A stretch of DNA of 64,000 nucleotides from Octopus bimaculoides (lineage: Eukaryota): assembly GCF_001194135.2 (NCBI RefSeq), contig NC_068985.1, positions 121,689,121 to 121,753,120 on the forward strand, read 5' to 3'. The first letter of the stretch is position 1. Each line of letters opens with the position of its first letter. Of this stretch, positions 37,078-51,800 are shown in pieces. Under the pieces are notes generated by a model. The model searched no databases, was not told the origin of the DNA, and saw only the letters and a program-made list of their open reading frames with translations. Position numbers and translations under genes: made by a program.

Positions 37078-39764
37078 TTATGAAAAGAAAATCTAGAAGC
37101 AGAAACAACCAATAAGTATTAATATTTTTTTACATCCAAAGTTCAAATTCCAGTGTGACCTACTCTGCCTTTCATCCCGCCAAGGTCAACAAAACAGGTA
37201 CTGGGGGTCAATGTAATCAATTATACCTTAGAAAATAGTGACTAAAAATAATCACTGTTCAATAAATGAAACCAGTAAAAGAATATTCGAATATAATTTT
37301 TAATATAACCCAATATTTTTAATATACTTGAAAATTCTTTTATTATCTGTTACTCTAAGATATCTATGTGAAAGAGAATAGTTAATCTAACTTGGAGAAT
37401 TGTAATATAACTTGATAAGTCATGTAGTAAACAGAAACTGAAGAACAATAGGAAGCTAAAGTCCTTACCAATCAGCGTCAATAACTAAATTTAAATCGGA
37501 ATTGTAAAAATCCAGAGCAGTGACTGCTTCATCAATTCTGGGTTCATCTGGTCCTACCTCAGCTTTGGCTGAAGGCTCCTGTTGTGGCCATTTTGAAGGT
37601 CCTCTTGTTGGAATGCTGTGATAGGAAAAAGCCAGTTCTTGCCTTTCAAAATTAAATCAATTTTTAAAAAAAGCAAAAGCAAAAAAATTGTTTGGTTCAA
37701 TAAATAAAATAACTGTTCTTGTCCATAGGGTTAAAGCAAATTAAACTTGAATGTTAAGTCTTATCACATGAACAGTAACAAGACAAAAAAATAATACTCT
37801 TCAAAACTTTTTCACTGGTTAGTTTTCTTTAAAAGTTGGGACAAAATCATTTCAAACTTTAAAATAAGCAATATTGTTGAAACATGACATTATATATGTA
37901 ACTTCTTCTAATCCATAATTTTTTTTTTGTCATTAAGTTCTAAAATTGATTTCATTATTAAAGTTGGAAATATTTCAAAAATTGTTTTTGTTTGGGATTG
38001 CTTAATACACACACACACACACATAATAATAATAATAATGCAAACATTAGTAATCTTGTTAAGCTCCTCACAGTCACCAAAGTGAGTTTCCCCAAGTCAT
38101 CCTTAAAGTGAATAACTTCAATTTTTGAATATATGCATGCTCATATCCTGATAAATAGATTATGTATTTAAGACATAAGGCTGTACAGAGATGACGGATT
38201 AACAACCTGCTACATAAAGAGAAAAAAAAGACAGGTTAGAATAGAAATAATAAGTACTTAATTTTAAAATTATAGCTAAAATCATTATGCAATCAACTTC
38301 CTTTACACTGCATTATGTATTATAAAAAGACAAATGTGAAATTTATATATGACAAAAATCTTTATCATCAACAAATAAATTTTTAAGAACATTAAAAGGA
38401 TTTCCAATATTTCCTGACACAAAGATATTTAGTCAGATCACACACAAACTCAGTGAAAAACAAGACTATGCCTAAACAAGAGCAGCCAGAGAGTGAGAGA
38501 GAGTATCACTAAGCTATCGTCTATAAACACAAGCTATTTAATAAAAAATAATATTAAAGTTGGCTATAGTTGGATGATCATTACAAATATATTATTCACT
38601 AACATATAAAGAGACACCATTAACTCATCATTTGAATGCAAATGCCTGATAAATAGTGACCACCTTAAAAAAGCATTACTGAACCAAGTTCTTGATGTCA
38701 GATTGAAAAAAAAAAGATAAGTTGGGCTCATGGAGAATTCATTCAAAAGTTGACATACAGAACACATCCATTCCTTATCAGTAAGTAAACCAATAACTAA
38801 ATGTCATTTTCTGCTTCAATGAATCTCTGTTGAAGAAAAAATACAATACATGCATGCAGCTTTTCTACATGTTCCATACAAAAAGTCTCTCAAAATGGGG
38901 GCATTTTTAAAGAGCTCACTTCAGTTACAGGTCAGTTAATTTAGCTTTAACAGATAGAATGAACACTGCTGGCAGTTTATTTGAGTCAAACCACTTCCAC
39001 TGACAAATGGAAGTGGATATATAACAAGATGAGATATTAAAGCTGAACTGCTTTTGATAAGAGGCTGGTTCATTCAAAGCTGATCTGGCAGTTATAAAAT
39101 AGCAAATGGGTTCAGAGTTAGACTGTCTGACAGGCATCAAGAACTCTGAAGTTTAACATCAGAAACCAAGCCACTCACATTAAGAACTTTAGAGAAAACT
39201 CAAAATAAATGAATGAATAGAACTCCGCTTCACATATACAGTACCCTTGCTCACTTTCTCTGTCAAACACATTCACAAGACCAATACAGCAGTAGAAATA
39301 CTACAGTATACACACTCCCATATCTCAGTTCTAGTTTCTTTTCACTCATGTTGCCATTGGCCTTGAGGAAAGCATGACTGTTGTCACTCGCATTACATTG
39401 AAAATCATTAGTGTTTATAATCTACTGATGGATATTTTGAATCCTGAAAGACCAAGCAACTTATTTTGTGAAAAAAGAAAAATATTCTATACAAATATTT
39501 GTAAAATGCAGCCCACAGCCCTACTATAACATGACTATTGGTATTCCTACAATGTCATTGAAAAAAGAAAAGAAAAAAATTCACACCAAATAGGTTTAAG
39601 AAAACCCAGAAAGACCTAAGAAAAATAGCAAGATAAAAGCAGATTTATTAAATTTAAGAAATAATAATAATAATAATAATATAAATGTTAAACCAAAGAG
39701 ACTAAAAATTTGCATTAATTGTATTAAAAAAAAACATCTCGTGATTTTATAGCTNNNNNNNNNN

Positions 39765-39807
<43 letters not shown>

Positions 39808-42800
39808 CAGTAATTTCTGTGGTTTTAAAAGAGTTAATATTTCTTGTATCTTACTAAGCAAACAATATTTTAAACATGTATTTATTTTTTTAATTACCAA
39901 AGATTTATGTATATAGATAAATTTCCAAATAAAAAAAAAACAATTATACAGTATAGAACATTTTCGTATATACAAGTACACAACTATAAATTTTCTAATT
40001 GTTGGTAGTTTAATTTTTTCCTAAAAGGCTCTTGAAAATGATGTGCATCAATCTATTTATATATACCGTGACAAAGTTCACTTTGAACTAATAAAATTAT
40101 CCCATCTGAGATAAGTGTGTATGTGTATGCATATATATATATACACACACACACACATGTTAAAAGCATGCTAATCTATTTTAAGGCAAATTTGGGCAGT
40201 CATTGACAAATGGAATTCAATTAGATTTAACTGCAAAATTTTATGACATCAGTGATAAAAGCTGAAACTGAAAATAACAAAACTGATGATTTTCCATGTA
40301 AGAATAGAGTAAATTTATAGTAAATAGCATCACAGAAACAACTGTAGAGGCATCAAGGAAAATATTGGTACGGAAATAAGGCTGAAAAGAAATTGAACAA
40401 ATACAGAACAAATATGTCGCTAAAACATAGCTAAAATTGTCAATGTTTTAGTCAGGTGGTTCTNNNNNNNNNNNNNNNNNNNNNNNNNNNNNNNNNNNNN
40501 NNNTGAAAATAGTGGGGTTGTTGGTTTCATTTACTTTCTTTTATTCCAGATGAGATTTTCACATCTGAAAATCATCAATGGAATAAATTTTCTGAAAACA
40601 AATCAATACATTTCTTTTTCCTAACACAGATCAATTCCATCATTTTCTTTTTTAATTCTGATAAAGTTATATATGAACAGAAATAAATGCAGAAATATTT
40701 CCAAACACAATCCAATCACCTTAATTACAGAGCTATGTTGTTGAGTGCTAGATATTTCTTCTCACTAACTACCTTGTTACTTTTTGCTCATAAAACATGC
40801 CAATGCAGATTACAGTCATCTCTGATCCTAGAGACTGTTTTTGAAGTGCTTTACTTTCATGCAACAGTCAAGTATAATGCCACCAATTAAAATTCCCATA
40901 TAAAACAGTTGTATCATTTCTAGTTAAAACCCACAAAGTAATAATTCTACTGCATTATGATATTAAAATCTAATATTCTTCATACAAAACTCACTAAATT
41001 AATTTTAATTATTTTTACACAAAGGGATACTATTTCCATGTAGAAGTCACTTCATTTAAATGCTTAGTTTCTATAGCAAGATTTGGCATTAGAAATAAAT
41101 CAATATATAAGTAGTTTTGAAACAAAAATAAGCAAACACACAGACACATACTTCCAGCAAAAGTATTTATTGAGTACTCATGTTTTTGTACTAAGACACC
41201 ATTTATATAGTGATTCAAGGACCACAAATTGTCTACACACACTCACATTCATTCACGAAATTATTTTTTAAGACTCAAAAGAAGTTTTCAGCTTAAAGAA
41301 AATTTGTACAATATATAAAGTGAAGAATGGTTTAGTTTACTTCTACTCCAACAGCACTATCAATAAATTATTCTGAAATATACATATTAAATAGATTGTA
41401 TTTGATAAGCAAATAGATTATATACAAATACATAGATTATAGTGACCAAAAAGAAATTCAATCAATTAGCCATTTTCAGGTATATAGCAGTCTATTTGTT
41501 AACATCCAGTCACAAATTTGACTGATTTAAAAGTGAAAGCTAGTAATAATACAAAACAAAACAAAATTATTTCTAAACTGAATTCTTGAAATCACGGGAC
41601 AATTAAAGACTAAAGATGAGTTTTAATATAAATTTCATATTAAACTGTTCCTAACAAATATTCACTTTATGTTGAATGAAAAATAAATTACACTTTTTAA
41701 TATATATAAACCTTAACTTGTGTATTGATACAGTTAATACTTCCCACTTCTAATAGAGATTGGCTTAAATGAGGGGGCTCTTTTACAAGACCTAACTACA
41801 GGCTAAAGGCCCAAAATGAAATTAACAGAATCTATTGTCAAGAGGCAAGGATAGGTGATTACAAAGAAACACAAGGTACAGAACAATTGTAGGTCTGTAA
41901 ACACAAACATATGTATATACAAATGTGCATGTGGATGCTTTCATGTACATGTGTGTATGCATTTTTCTGTGCATGTGTTGAGCTTATGTCCTTTCCACTT
42001 GCTTGTATTTTCAACCGTCTTTCATGCCTGTCTACATTTTCTTTTAATTTTTTTCAATCTTCATTCTATTTTTTGCTTCTTTTTCTTCTTATCTACATTT
42101 TCTCTTCCACTCCACAAATGTATATTTTTCTCTCTCTGTATATACATGCAATTATGTGTGCATCACCTTAACATATGTATGTGTTTAATGTGTATCTGTG
42201 TCCATGTCTATTTACATGCCAACTATTTGTTGTCTTGGGAGGGTCACTGCACCAAAAAATAACACATGTACTGGTTCAACATCACTTCTTTATCATTAGT
42301 CAATTGGTTAAATATCTAACCAACTAACTGTTTCATGTGCTGGTTAAACAATAAATCAGCTGTTTGTCAAAGTCCTTTCTCTGTTATTCATGACCTCATC
42401 AATGACTCAAGTGGCTTGACAATGTTCTTCTAAGCCTATCACTTCCACAAGTACTACACACACAAACACATATCTACTGCTCAAAGATCTTTCAAAGTAA
42501 GATAACCCAGACAATGATTGCATCATCAGTATTTTTAAATATTTTCATGTATATAGACCTGGGATGAGGTGGTGAAGCATGACCTTCGAATGTTGGGCCT
42601 CACAGAGGCGATGACGAGTGACCAAGACCTTTGGAGATATGCTGTGCTTGAGAAGACCCGGCAAGCCAAGTGAGACCGTAACCGTGGCCTATGTCAGTGC
42701 ATCATAACTGGCCCATTTAAGAGTACCCTTCAATCATTGGGCAATAAATTGTGCTTGCGAAGACCTGTTAAGTCAAGTGAAGTTATTGTTGTGGCTGATA

Positions 42801-45800
42801 CCAGTACTGCCTGGCTGGCTCCCGTGCCAGTGGCACATAAAAGCACCATTCAAGCATGGTCAATGCCAGTACTGCCTGACTGGCCCTCATGCCGGTGGCA
42901 TGTAAAAAGCACCCACTACACTCTCGGATTGGTTGGTGTTAGGAAGGGCATCCAGCTGTAGAAGCATTGCCAGATCAGATTGGAGCCTGGTACAGCCTTC
43001 TGGCATGTCAGTCCTCAGTCAAACCATCCAACTCATGCCAGCATGGAAAGCAAATGTTAGACGATGATGATGATGACATACTTGATGGTTAAATATAATG
43101 CACATAGAGATTTCCCAAAAAATAACTGAACTGCCCAAAGATCTATCAAAGTGAAATTGCCCTGTTAATTTCCTCCACTATGTTTTTAACATTTTTGAAA
43201 AATTTTCTGAAATCAACTTGATTTTGTTTTTGTTGATGAACACAAAATGATTAAGGTGCAACAACTAGTATTTATTATCTTTGTAATAATCTCTGCATTT
43301 GTGCATACATACATACAAACATAAAACACATTCACTCTTCCATGTCTGAATGGGTCGGACAGGATTTATTAAGACGGATATTTCTACAGCCCAATACACT
43401 TCCATATATATGAATTTGTTTAAGAATTGGAATTTCAAAGAACAAGGGAAACTTTGTACATTGTCTGCAAAGACCTCAGCAACTGAAACAAACAACTAAT
43501 TCTAAGAATTACAGTCACAACTTATAGTTTCAAAATAATAAATACATTTACAATTGACCACTGCCAAGAGTTTTTTAGGATGTGTTCCATTGCAAAAGAT
43601 TCTAATCCATCAAAAAAAAAAAAAAAAAAAAAAAAAANNNNNNNNNNNNNNNNNNNNNNNNNNNNNNNNNNNNNNNAACAAAAAAAAAAAAGAAAAAAAA
43701 CTGTGCTCAATGTCATTAGTCCTGAGGACAGCTACAGCAAATATTATGAAATAAGTCATAACATAGTTTGGGAAGTATAAAAAAGTGAAAATGGTAGGAA
43801 GTTATAAACAGATATATCACATATTTATGAATTAAAGACTAGTGAAGATAAGAAAAGATTTTATGAACAATCACAATAATTAACCTGGTCAGTTTGTGAC
43901 CAAAGGAAAATAGAAAAGGTTTACATAAAAATGCTCAGCAATTACCACAAAATAACACAATCTTAATACAAGTATAGAAAACAGGCATGCAGTAGGCAAA
44001 CTTGTTACCAATGTGTCGCCCAAACTGAAAAATTACATCTCTTTCTTTTTTAGAAACTGATGGTAGAATATACCAGAGTAAGAAGCTCAACATGTTAAAT
44101 TAGGGATATATGGTTTATGAAAAAGAAAAGTTAAAATGATGAAAGAAAATCTTGTTTTCTTGAGTTGGCAGCAAATTTACATAATTTTACAGGAAAGTAA
44201 CTCATTTTGCACCAGTTACCAGACCAAATTATTTCAATACTCTTTAATTTTCACTTTAGGGAGATCTACTCCAGACTATAGGAACCCAATGTCACCTAAT
44301 CTTCTCAATAAGACTATAATTTGCTAAGTACCAACCACTTTTCTACATATCTAACATATCACAAGTGACTAATACAGGCATAAACACTCTTTCTGTCTTC
44401 TAAGTGACCACCAGTAGTTTTCATAGAACCAGATATAACTGTAGACTTGCTCATCAGGTCAAAGGTTTCTTGAGTGATTACTCTGTCATAGCATACATCA
44501 GTAAAACTTTCTCTGCTCTACACTATTAACTCTGTTATGCCTCCTATACTCTTCAGTCTAAACATTAATGACCTCTTGCTGTCACTCCTAACAACTGCAG
44601 CCTTAAACATTCACACCTTGATACTCAGCACACAGACATCATCCTCATATAATCAAAATACCTCACAAACCAATTTCTGCCAGACATGCAATGCTCATAA
44701 ATGGAAATCTCAAAAAAAGAATTTCCAATGAGAGAAACATAACCTAGTTTCACCCAACAGCATCAAATGAACAATCTTGCAACACTACACAAACAACAAG
44801 CAGTTAAAGGTCTTGATCTTGATCCACATGTGAAGACTCAAAAATTGTCTAATGAATTTCATGGTGACCACAAATTTACAATATTGTTAAAACATCCCAA
44901 AGAATAGGCCTCTTTTTCAGGGCCAGAAAAATACTTCTCCCTTATCAAATCTTTGTCCTCTACTAAGTTCTCAAATGGAACACAGTAACTGCACATTACA
45001 GCCCTATGGAACTAGTTCCTTCCCACAGGTATCGATACCTACAAACTACAAATCCAAGTTGAACATCAATTGCATCAGCCTAACTGAGAGAAGCTACAAG
45101 CCGGAGATATTTCCAACACCATCTCTTTTGATTGTAGGAAAACAAAGAAGCTAAAATTGTGAACTACACATGCCTTTCATGCTCTTGCAAACTTACTCAC
45201 TAGTCTCTCTCTTATATTCATACCATCATCATCTCTCTTTTCCTCTTTCCAACTGCAGAAGTCATGTATTCACTGCTTCAAGAAGACACCTGTTCCTGTC
45301 CCTCTATCATACTTTCACCTTCTTCAATACTATAGACCCGCTCAATTGAGGGGTCTTGTCTTGCAAGTTACTTGGTGACCTTATGCAAATACTTGTGCCA
45401 CAAGGAAAAAACATCCAGTAAATTCTGTAAAGTGGTTGATGTTGGGAGCCAAACTAAAGCAGACATTGAGCTTGGTACAGGTCCTCTGGCTCATCAGTTC
45501 CTGTCAAACCGACGAACCAATGACAGCATAGAAAATGTGCAATAAACAATGATGATAATGATGATGATGAACACAAGTCTACAGACTATTAGACTACTTA
45601 TGTCTACTCTTCAGGTACCTGAAGAGTGGACCAAAGGAGTCATTAGTAAACTACCAACAAAAGGGAGATTTGAGCAACTGCCAAAAGTGGAGGGGAATAA
45701 CACTGTTGTCAACACCAGGTAAAGTACTGTGCTCGATGTTGCTGTTCCAGTTGAAGTTTGCACTAGATGAAAAGCAGAAAGAACAAGCCGGATTTCAACC

Positions 45801-48800
45801 CAGCAGATCGTGCCACAAGCAAATATGCACACTGTACAACACTATAGAACAATAATAATAAACTTCATTGATTTCAAAAAGACATTTGACAGTGTGCAAA
45901 GAGAAACCTTATACAAGGTTGCAAAAGTGTATGGAATACCAGAAAATTACATCAGTCTGATTAACAGTTTCTACAACTCAATCTACTGCATTAAAACAGA
46001 TTATAGATATATTGGTTTTAAGATCATCACTGGAATAAGACAAGGTTGTCTCCTACCACCAATGTTGCTTTTGATGTTCATTGATTTTGTTATGTGAAGG
46101 TCAATGGTGGGACTGGCTGTAAGCATACCATGGTTGGCGAGGGCCCAGCTAACAGACTTGGATCTTGCCAATGACATAGCCCTGTTGGCCAAGAATCACC
46201 CAACATTACAAGAAATGACAACAAAAATGGAAAGGGAAGTGGCGAAGACTGGGTTGAGAATCAGTGGTCAAACAACGGAAGTAATTCTAGTTGGGAAACA
46301 AGTAGAAAGTGTACTTGTGAAAGTGGACAAGAATCAGTTGAAGAAGTTACAAGCTTCACATATCTGAGAAGCATAGTGACATGCAATGGCGATGCAGAAC
46401 TGGAAAGTCAGTGACAGTATTTAGAAGACTGACAACACTTCAGTGTAGCAATAACGTAAGCATAGAGCTGAAGATTCACCTGAACAATACTGTCAATAAC
46501 GATCAATGCAGCTGAAACCAGGAAGACGACAGCAAAAACTGACTGCCAACTAGACGTACTTCATCAGCGGTGCCACAGAAAGATCCTAAGAATCACTTAT
46601 TGAGGCAGAGTGACAAATGAAGCCATTCTCCAAGCAGCATGAGTAAGGCCCCTGTATGCAATCGTAACCAAATGACAAATGAAAATGGTTAGACACATAC
46701 TAAGACTGCCAGAGGAGAGGCTTGCGAAAACAGCCATGTGCTGAATGCCACTGGAAGGTAAGAGAAAAAGAGGCTGGCCAAGGAATACAAGGTGTAGTAC
46801 CTTCAAAGACGACCTATACAGACTGAACATAACTTGGGAAGAAGCATGATAGTTAACCATAGACAGAGATAATTGGCAATCACTAACTGTCCCAATGTGC
46901 TGCTCAAAGGCGCCAACAGACCTAAGAAGATAAACTACTAGTGAGTTACAACTTATTAAATTAGCAATATAATTGGTATGCAAACATAATGTACATAGCT
47001 TAAATATCTACATAAATTAAGCAACATTTATTTTTAAAATATATTTCTAAATAACTAAAAAAATTTCTCTACTCTTTCAAATGAACAATTTAAATTGTCC
47101 AAAAATCTAACCTAAACTTTTGAAAGTCACTGGCATTCGCTGAAAATAAACTGTCAAACACTAGCAAATTCAGTAATTATTTACTGCTATTTCAAAGCAT
47201 GCTTATGATGTAGGAATGGTCCAAAAATTAAACTCCCTTATATATTTACAGGAAAAGTTATACTGTCTTCAAATTTAAAGTTATATTATCCTCAAAGTTA
47301 TAAGCCTCAATGCAGCACTAAATGCAGTTAAAAGAATGAATGAATTCATCCTAGTCAAACAGAAAAATTTTCCAAGCTGCATAAAACATATCTTTTAGTA
47401 GGTTAAAATTTTTTTTTTAGTAAAGTAAATTTCAGAAAAGATAAATAATACAAAACACTCTACCAATAACAAATAGATGTTATAACCCACCCTGATATTT
47501 TTCTTTATATTTTTTCCCCTATATACAATTCCATTAAAGCATCCCCCACTCTGCTGAAAAACATTAAAAATAGTTATCTTAATATCTGATGTCTAGGAGT
47601 GTTCATATCACAATTGGAATTATATTTTAATAACTAAAATCTACAATGTTTTTATATGGAAATAGGAACCCCAAAACCTGCAATGAGACAAAGATGTAGA
47701 AAAAGGGTATCAAAACTGAATTAGTTAATTATGTGCATGAGCAGTTATTTTAACATATCATTAACCTATGTCACCATGTTAACAGCCTTCTTTAAAATGG
47801 GTTGAGAATCAGTAGTTAATTAAAAATTTAAACTTCATAATTAGTAAAACCATGTACCCTTATCAAAACTGATATCTCATTAATATTAGTATTTCAATAC
47901 AAGCCAGACGAAAATAAAAAATAATTTAACTTCTTTTGTTATTTTAAAATGAGTGAAGTGTCTCAGTAAAAGAAGCTGGTTCTGGATTTAAAAAAAAAAA
48001 AAAACTTACAAGTAGTATTGCAAAGGTACCACAATGTAACTAAGTTAAAGATAGCTACCACTTCCACTTTATACGTGAATGCTATTTATAAAATAGCAAA
48101 ATATTAAATCAAAACATTCAAATGTCCCAATTCATGAGGGGGATTAAAAAAAAAAAAAACAGCCAACCTATTTATTTACTCATGAAAAAACAAACACTTG
48201 CCTGATCTCAAAATAACTTAAGATGGAAATATGCTGATAGATATTGTTGCCTATGTGTGTGTGTGTTTGTGAAATATCATTATCAGGCAAAATATTAAAC
48301 ATGCAATGTTTAATAAGTAGCTGCAATGACTAGTTTTAGTTTTGGAGGCTGACCACTGAAAACATAAATTATCTCAAATATCAAATCATTACTTTAAGGA
48401 ATTAGTGTTGTAATAAATTTACAAGACAAAACATTACCTGACAGGGCACTAAAGTTACAGGTTAATTCTTAAAATGAATATATCAATTTTTAAGGGAGGG
48501 AAGACATGTAAACTATTCAAAGTATTTTCTGATGAAGAACTAATCTATGCTAGAAATTTGACAACCAATTTTATAGTTAAAGAGTTGAAAACATACCAAG
48601 CTTTAATATCACATCACGTTGCTCCTGGAGAGTAAGTGTCAATACTGTGTAACTATCTTATGTGCTATAAAACACTGATGCACATAAATGCAGAGTTCAA
48701 TAAAGTAGAGTATACACTAAAACTATTAAAAATTAACAAAAGTAAATATGTGCAAATGCATGCAATTTTAAAGGAAGCACAGATATGGCTATGTGGTAAA

Positions 48801-51800
48801 AAAGTTCACATCTCAACCATGTAGCTTTGAGTTCAGTCCAACTGCACAGCAATTTGGGCAAAAGTCTTCTGCTCTACAATGGGCCTTGTGAGGGAATTTG
48901 GTAGATGGAAGCCTGAAAGAAGCCTATTGTGTATATATGTTTATTTGTCATCATCCTCATTTAGCATCCATATTCCATTCTGACATGGGTTGATATGTTG
49001 TGTGTGAATGTTTACCATCTACTCTGAGATGCAGTTGTAAGTCATCATTTGGGGATGGACTGCAACCAAAAAATTGTTCACTCGCTGTGCATTTTTTAAT
49101 TCTTCTGGAATAAAAAAAATCCCTTAGTTGAAAAACAGGAAAGGATTGGTAACAAAAAGAGTATCTGGTTATAAAAATCTTGTCCCAATTACCTCTCCTG
49201 TCTAAGCCATACTAGTATGAAAAACAGCCAAAATGAAACAAACCTGTGTACACAGATAGTTCTCTGAAAAACGTCATATCGTTATTGAAACTATACTTGA
49301 AAAAGTTCTCACAAGATTTTGTGAATAGAAAAAAAAAATAAATAAATAAATAAAATAAAATCTAAGACAATGTATTAGAGTTAAAAAGACAATTTGTTAA
49401 AATACATATTTTCTTAGATATACTTATTTGAAATACATTTTGACTCTTACGCATTTGATCTGGCCCTATCTGGCCCCAATACTCTACCTGTTTTATGTTC
49501 AAATTGTTAACTTCACACCTACCCTATGTCATTCTAAAAATAAACAATCATATCATCAACTTCTTGAAGCTATGAGATAATGCATGATTAATACAAAGCA
49601 ATGTAAATAACTAAGCATTACATTTGACAGAGTAATCTGAATGTTAGTGTCAAACCCATAATATATACAGTCTGATTATTAAATATATATAACAATTTTC
49701 AGGCCCCATCTCCCCATAAATACTATAACATATATTTAATATAGTCTGATATGTGTGTGTAAGAATTTGTTTTCTCTCTATTTATTTTTGCCACAAAAAA
49801 TACTATACTGCATAACTTCCCTTCTTTCAAGCTAGTTAATTTTAACAATTACAAAAGTCTTAAATGACTACAGAAATCTTAATATCTAAAATACTGAATA
49901 TATAAAAAACAAACACACACACACACACACACACAAAATATTAAAAAACTAAATTGGAAATGTCAGCATAGCTGTTTGGGTAAAACATTGACTTTGCAAT
50001 GTATTTCAAAATTTGATTCCATTGCAAATGTTAGGCAAGTACCTTTTACTTTAACCACAGATTAATCAACATCTTGTGAGTGGAAATTGATTAACAGAAA
50101 CTGTGCAAAAGCCTGAAAGCTTATCATGTATATATGTATGCATTTTTTTCATTGCTCAGTACATTCTGCAAAATGGTTGGTACTAGGAAGGACATCCAGC
50201 TATGAAAGCTGTGCCAAAGCAGACACTGGAACTTGGTGCAGTCCTCTGGTTTGATGGCTCCTGTCCTGTCAAAATGTCCAACCCATGCCTGCATAAAAAA
50301 CAGATGTTAAATAATGATGATGACAATGACCTAAAAATCAATATTGTTTTGTCCTTTCAGTTTTGTCCTAACAGTTCAACAAATATAATTTGATAAAATA
50401 AGTACCAGATTTATTTTTACAGATAAATCCTGGAGTTGACGTATTGAAAACTCTTAAAGTATGGCCACAATCCAATGACTGAAACCAATAATAGAATCAT
50501 AGAGAATAAAACTTTGTATTACTATCTATAAAAGGAAGCTATTTTGCAATATGTCATCTTCAAATATAATAAAAAATAGAAGAAATCTGGTAGTGAATCA
50601 TATCTTTAAATCTCTGTAAGTCTTCTGTTCCAGTTCTGAGTGACATAATTCTTCATACATGTCTCACTCCATCTGATTCTCAGAAAATAGTCATGTGTAG
50701 AGAATATGGATAGAAAGAAAGACATGTCCTACTCAGTGAGACAGATTACAAAATTTCTGCTATCCAACATTTTTTTAATTCTAGAAGTAACAGTTGTAGT
50801 TCTTGATATTAAATAATTGCAAAATTGGGAAATAACTTGGAAGTATTTAGTTTTTTTTTTAATGTCATTTTCTTTGAGTTATAACTGGAAATGTGAAAAC
50901 ATGCACTTGTAAAAAAATGTTAAAACAATTCTTGGATGTCTGAAAATAATATGACTACCTTTTCTGACACAATTTTCCCACCTAACCCTTTGCCATTCTC
51001 ATCATCTGTTTGGATAGTAATTTACTGAAAATATTTATTCAGTATATTAAATATATATTTAAACAGCTGAAACAAAAAAAAGAATATTAGAGGCAAAATC
51101 AAGACAAAAGAGTGGGAAGTAAAACCTCTAAAGAAGATTTATCAAAATAAACACCATGTTGCTAGAAAGATTGTCTATTTTTAATGTCAAGGTCACTAAG
51201 GCAACCTACTCACAGAAAATATAATGTCGATAGCTATTTATGTAGCTCATGAATTTTTTAATGTTAGTTTTGCAATCAACTGCTCACAAAACATTTTGAA
51301 ATTTAAATAGCAATAACAGGCAACATCAGTAACATACAAATAAACAAAAAAATCCCCACAATAAATGAATTCAAAAACACACATGCACAAAGCAATAAAA
51401 GTTTTAATTATTGGTAATTACTAAATTGAGATCAAAAAGAAAATAAGTTGAGAAGACAGCTACAAAGTGGTGATATTGTTTGTCAGGTTTTAGTTATATA
51501 TTTGGCATATATTTGAATGTTATCAGCAGAAATATTAAATAGGTAAAGAAAACAGGACAATATTAGAACAAAAATTCTATCAGATATTCTTTCCTTTTAT
51601 GAAGGTTAAATACACTGAAATGTCTAATCCTTCAGGTCACAGTCAAGTCATGGTTTGTTATTTAAGAAAAAATTCTGTCAAAATGATTTCTTGTCATTGA
51701 ATACCATTACCAACATTTATGTTGTCTTTTTCTACAACAGTATTAATGGCATTTATCCAGGTTTCTTGATTCTGTATCATCAGAAATTCCAAATCCCTAT

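Noticed and set aside
41855-42262. 135-aa Cys/His/Phe-rich ORF
   Set aside because: Decayed (GT)n/(AT)n and pyrimidine-rich sequence; composition follows from the microsatellites.
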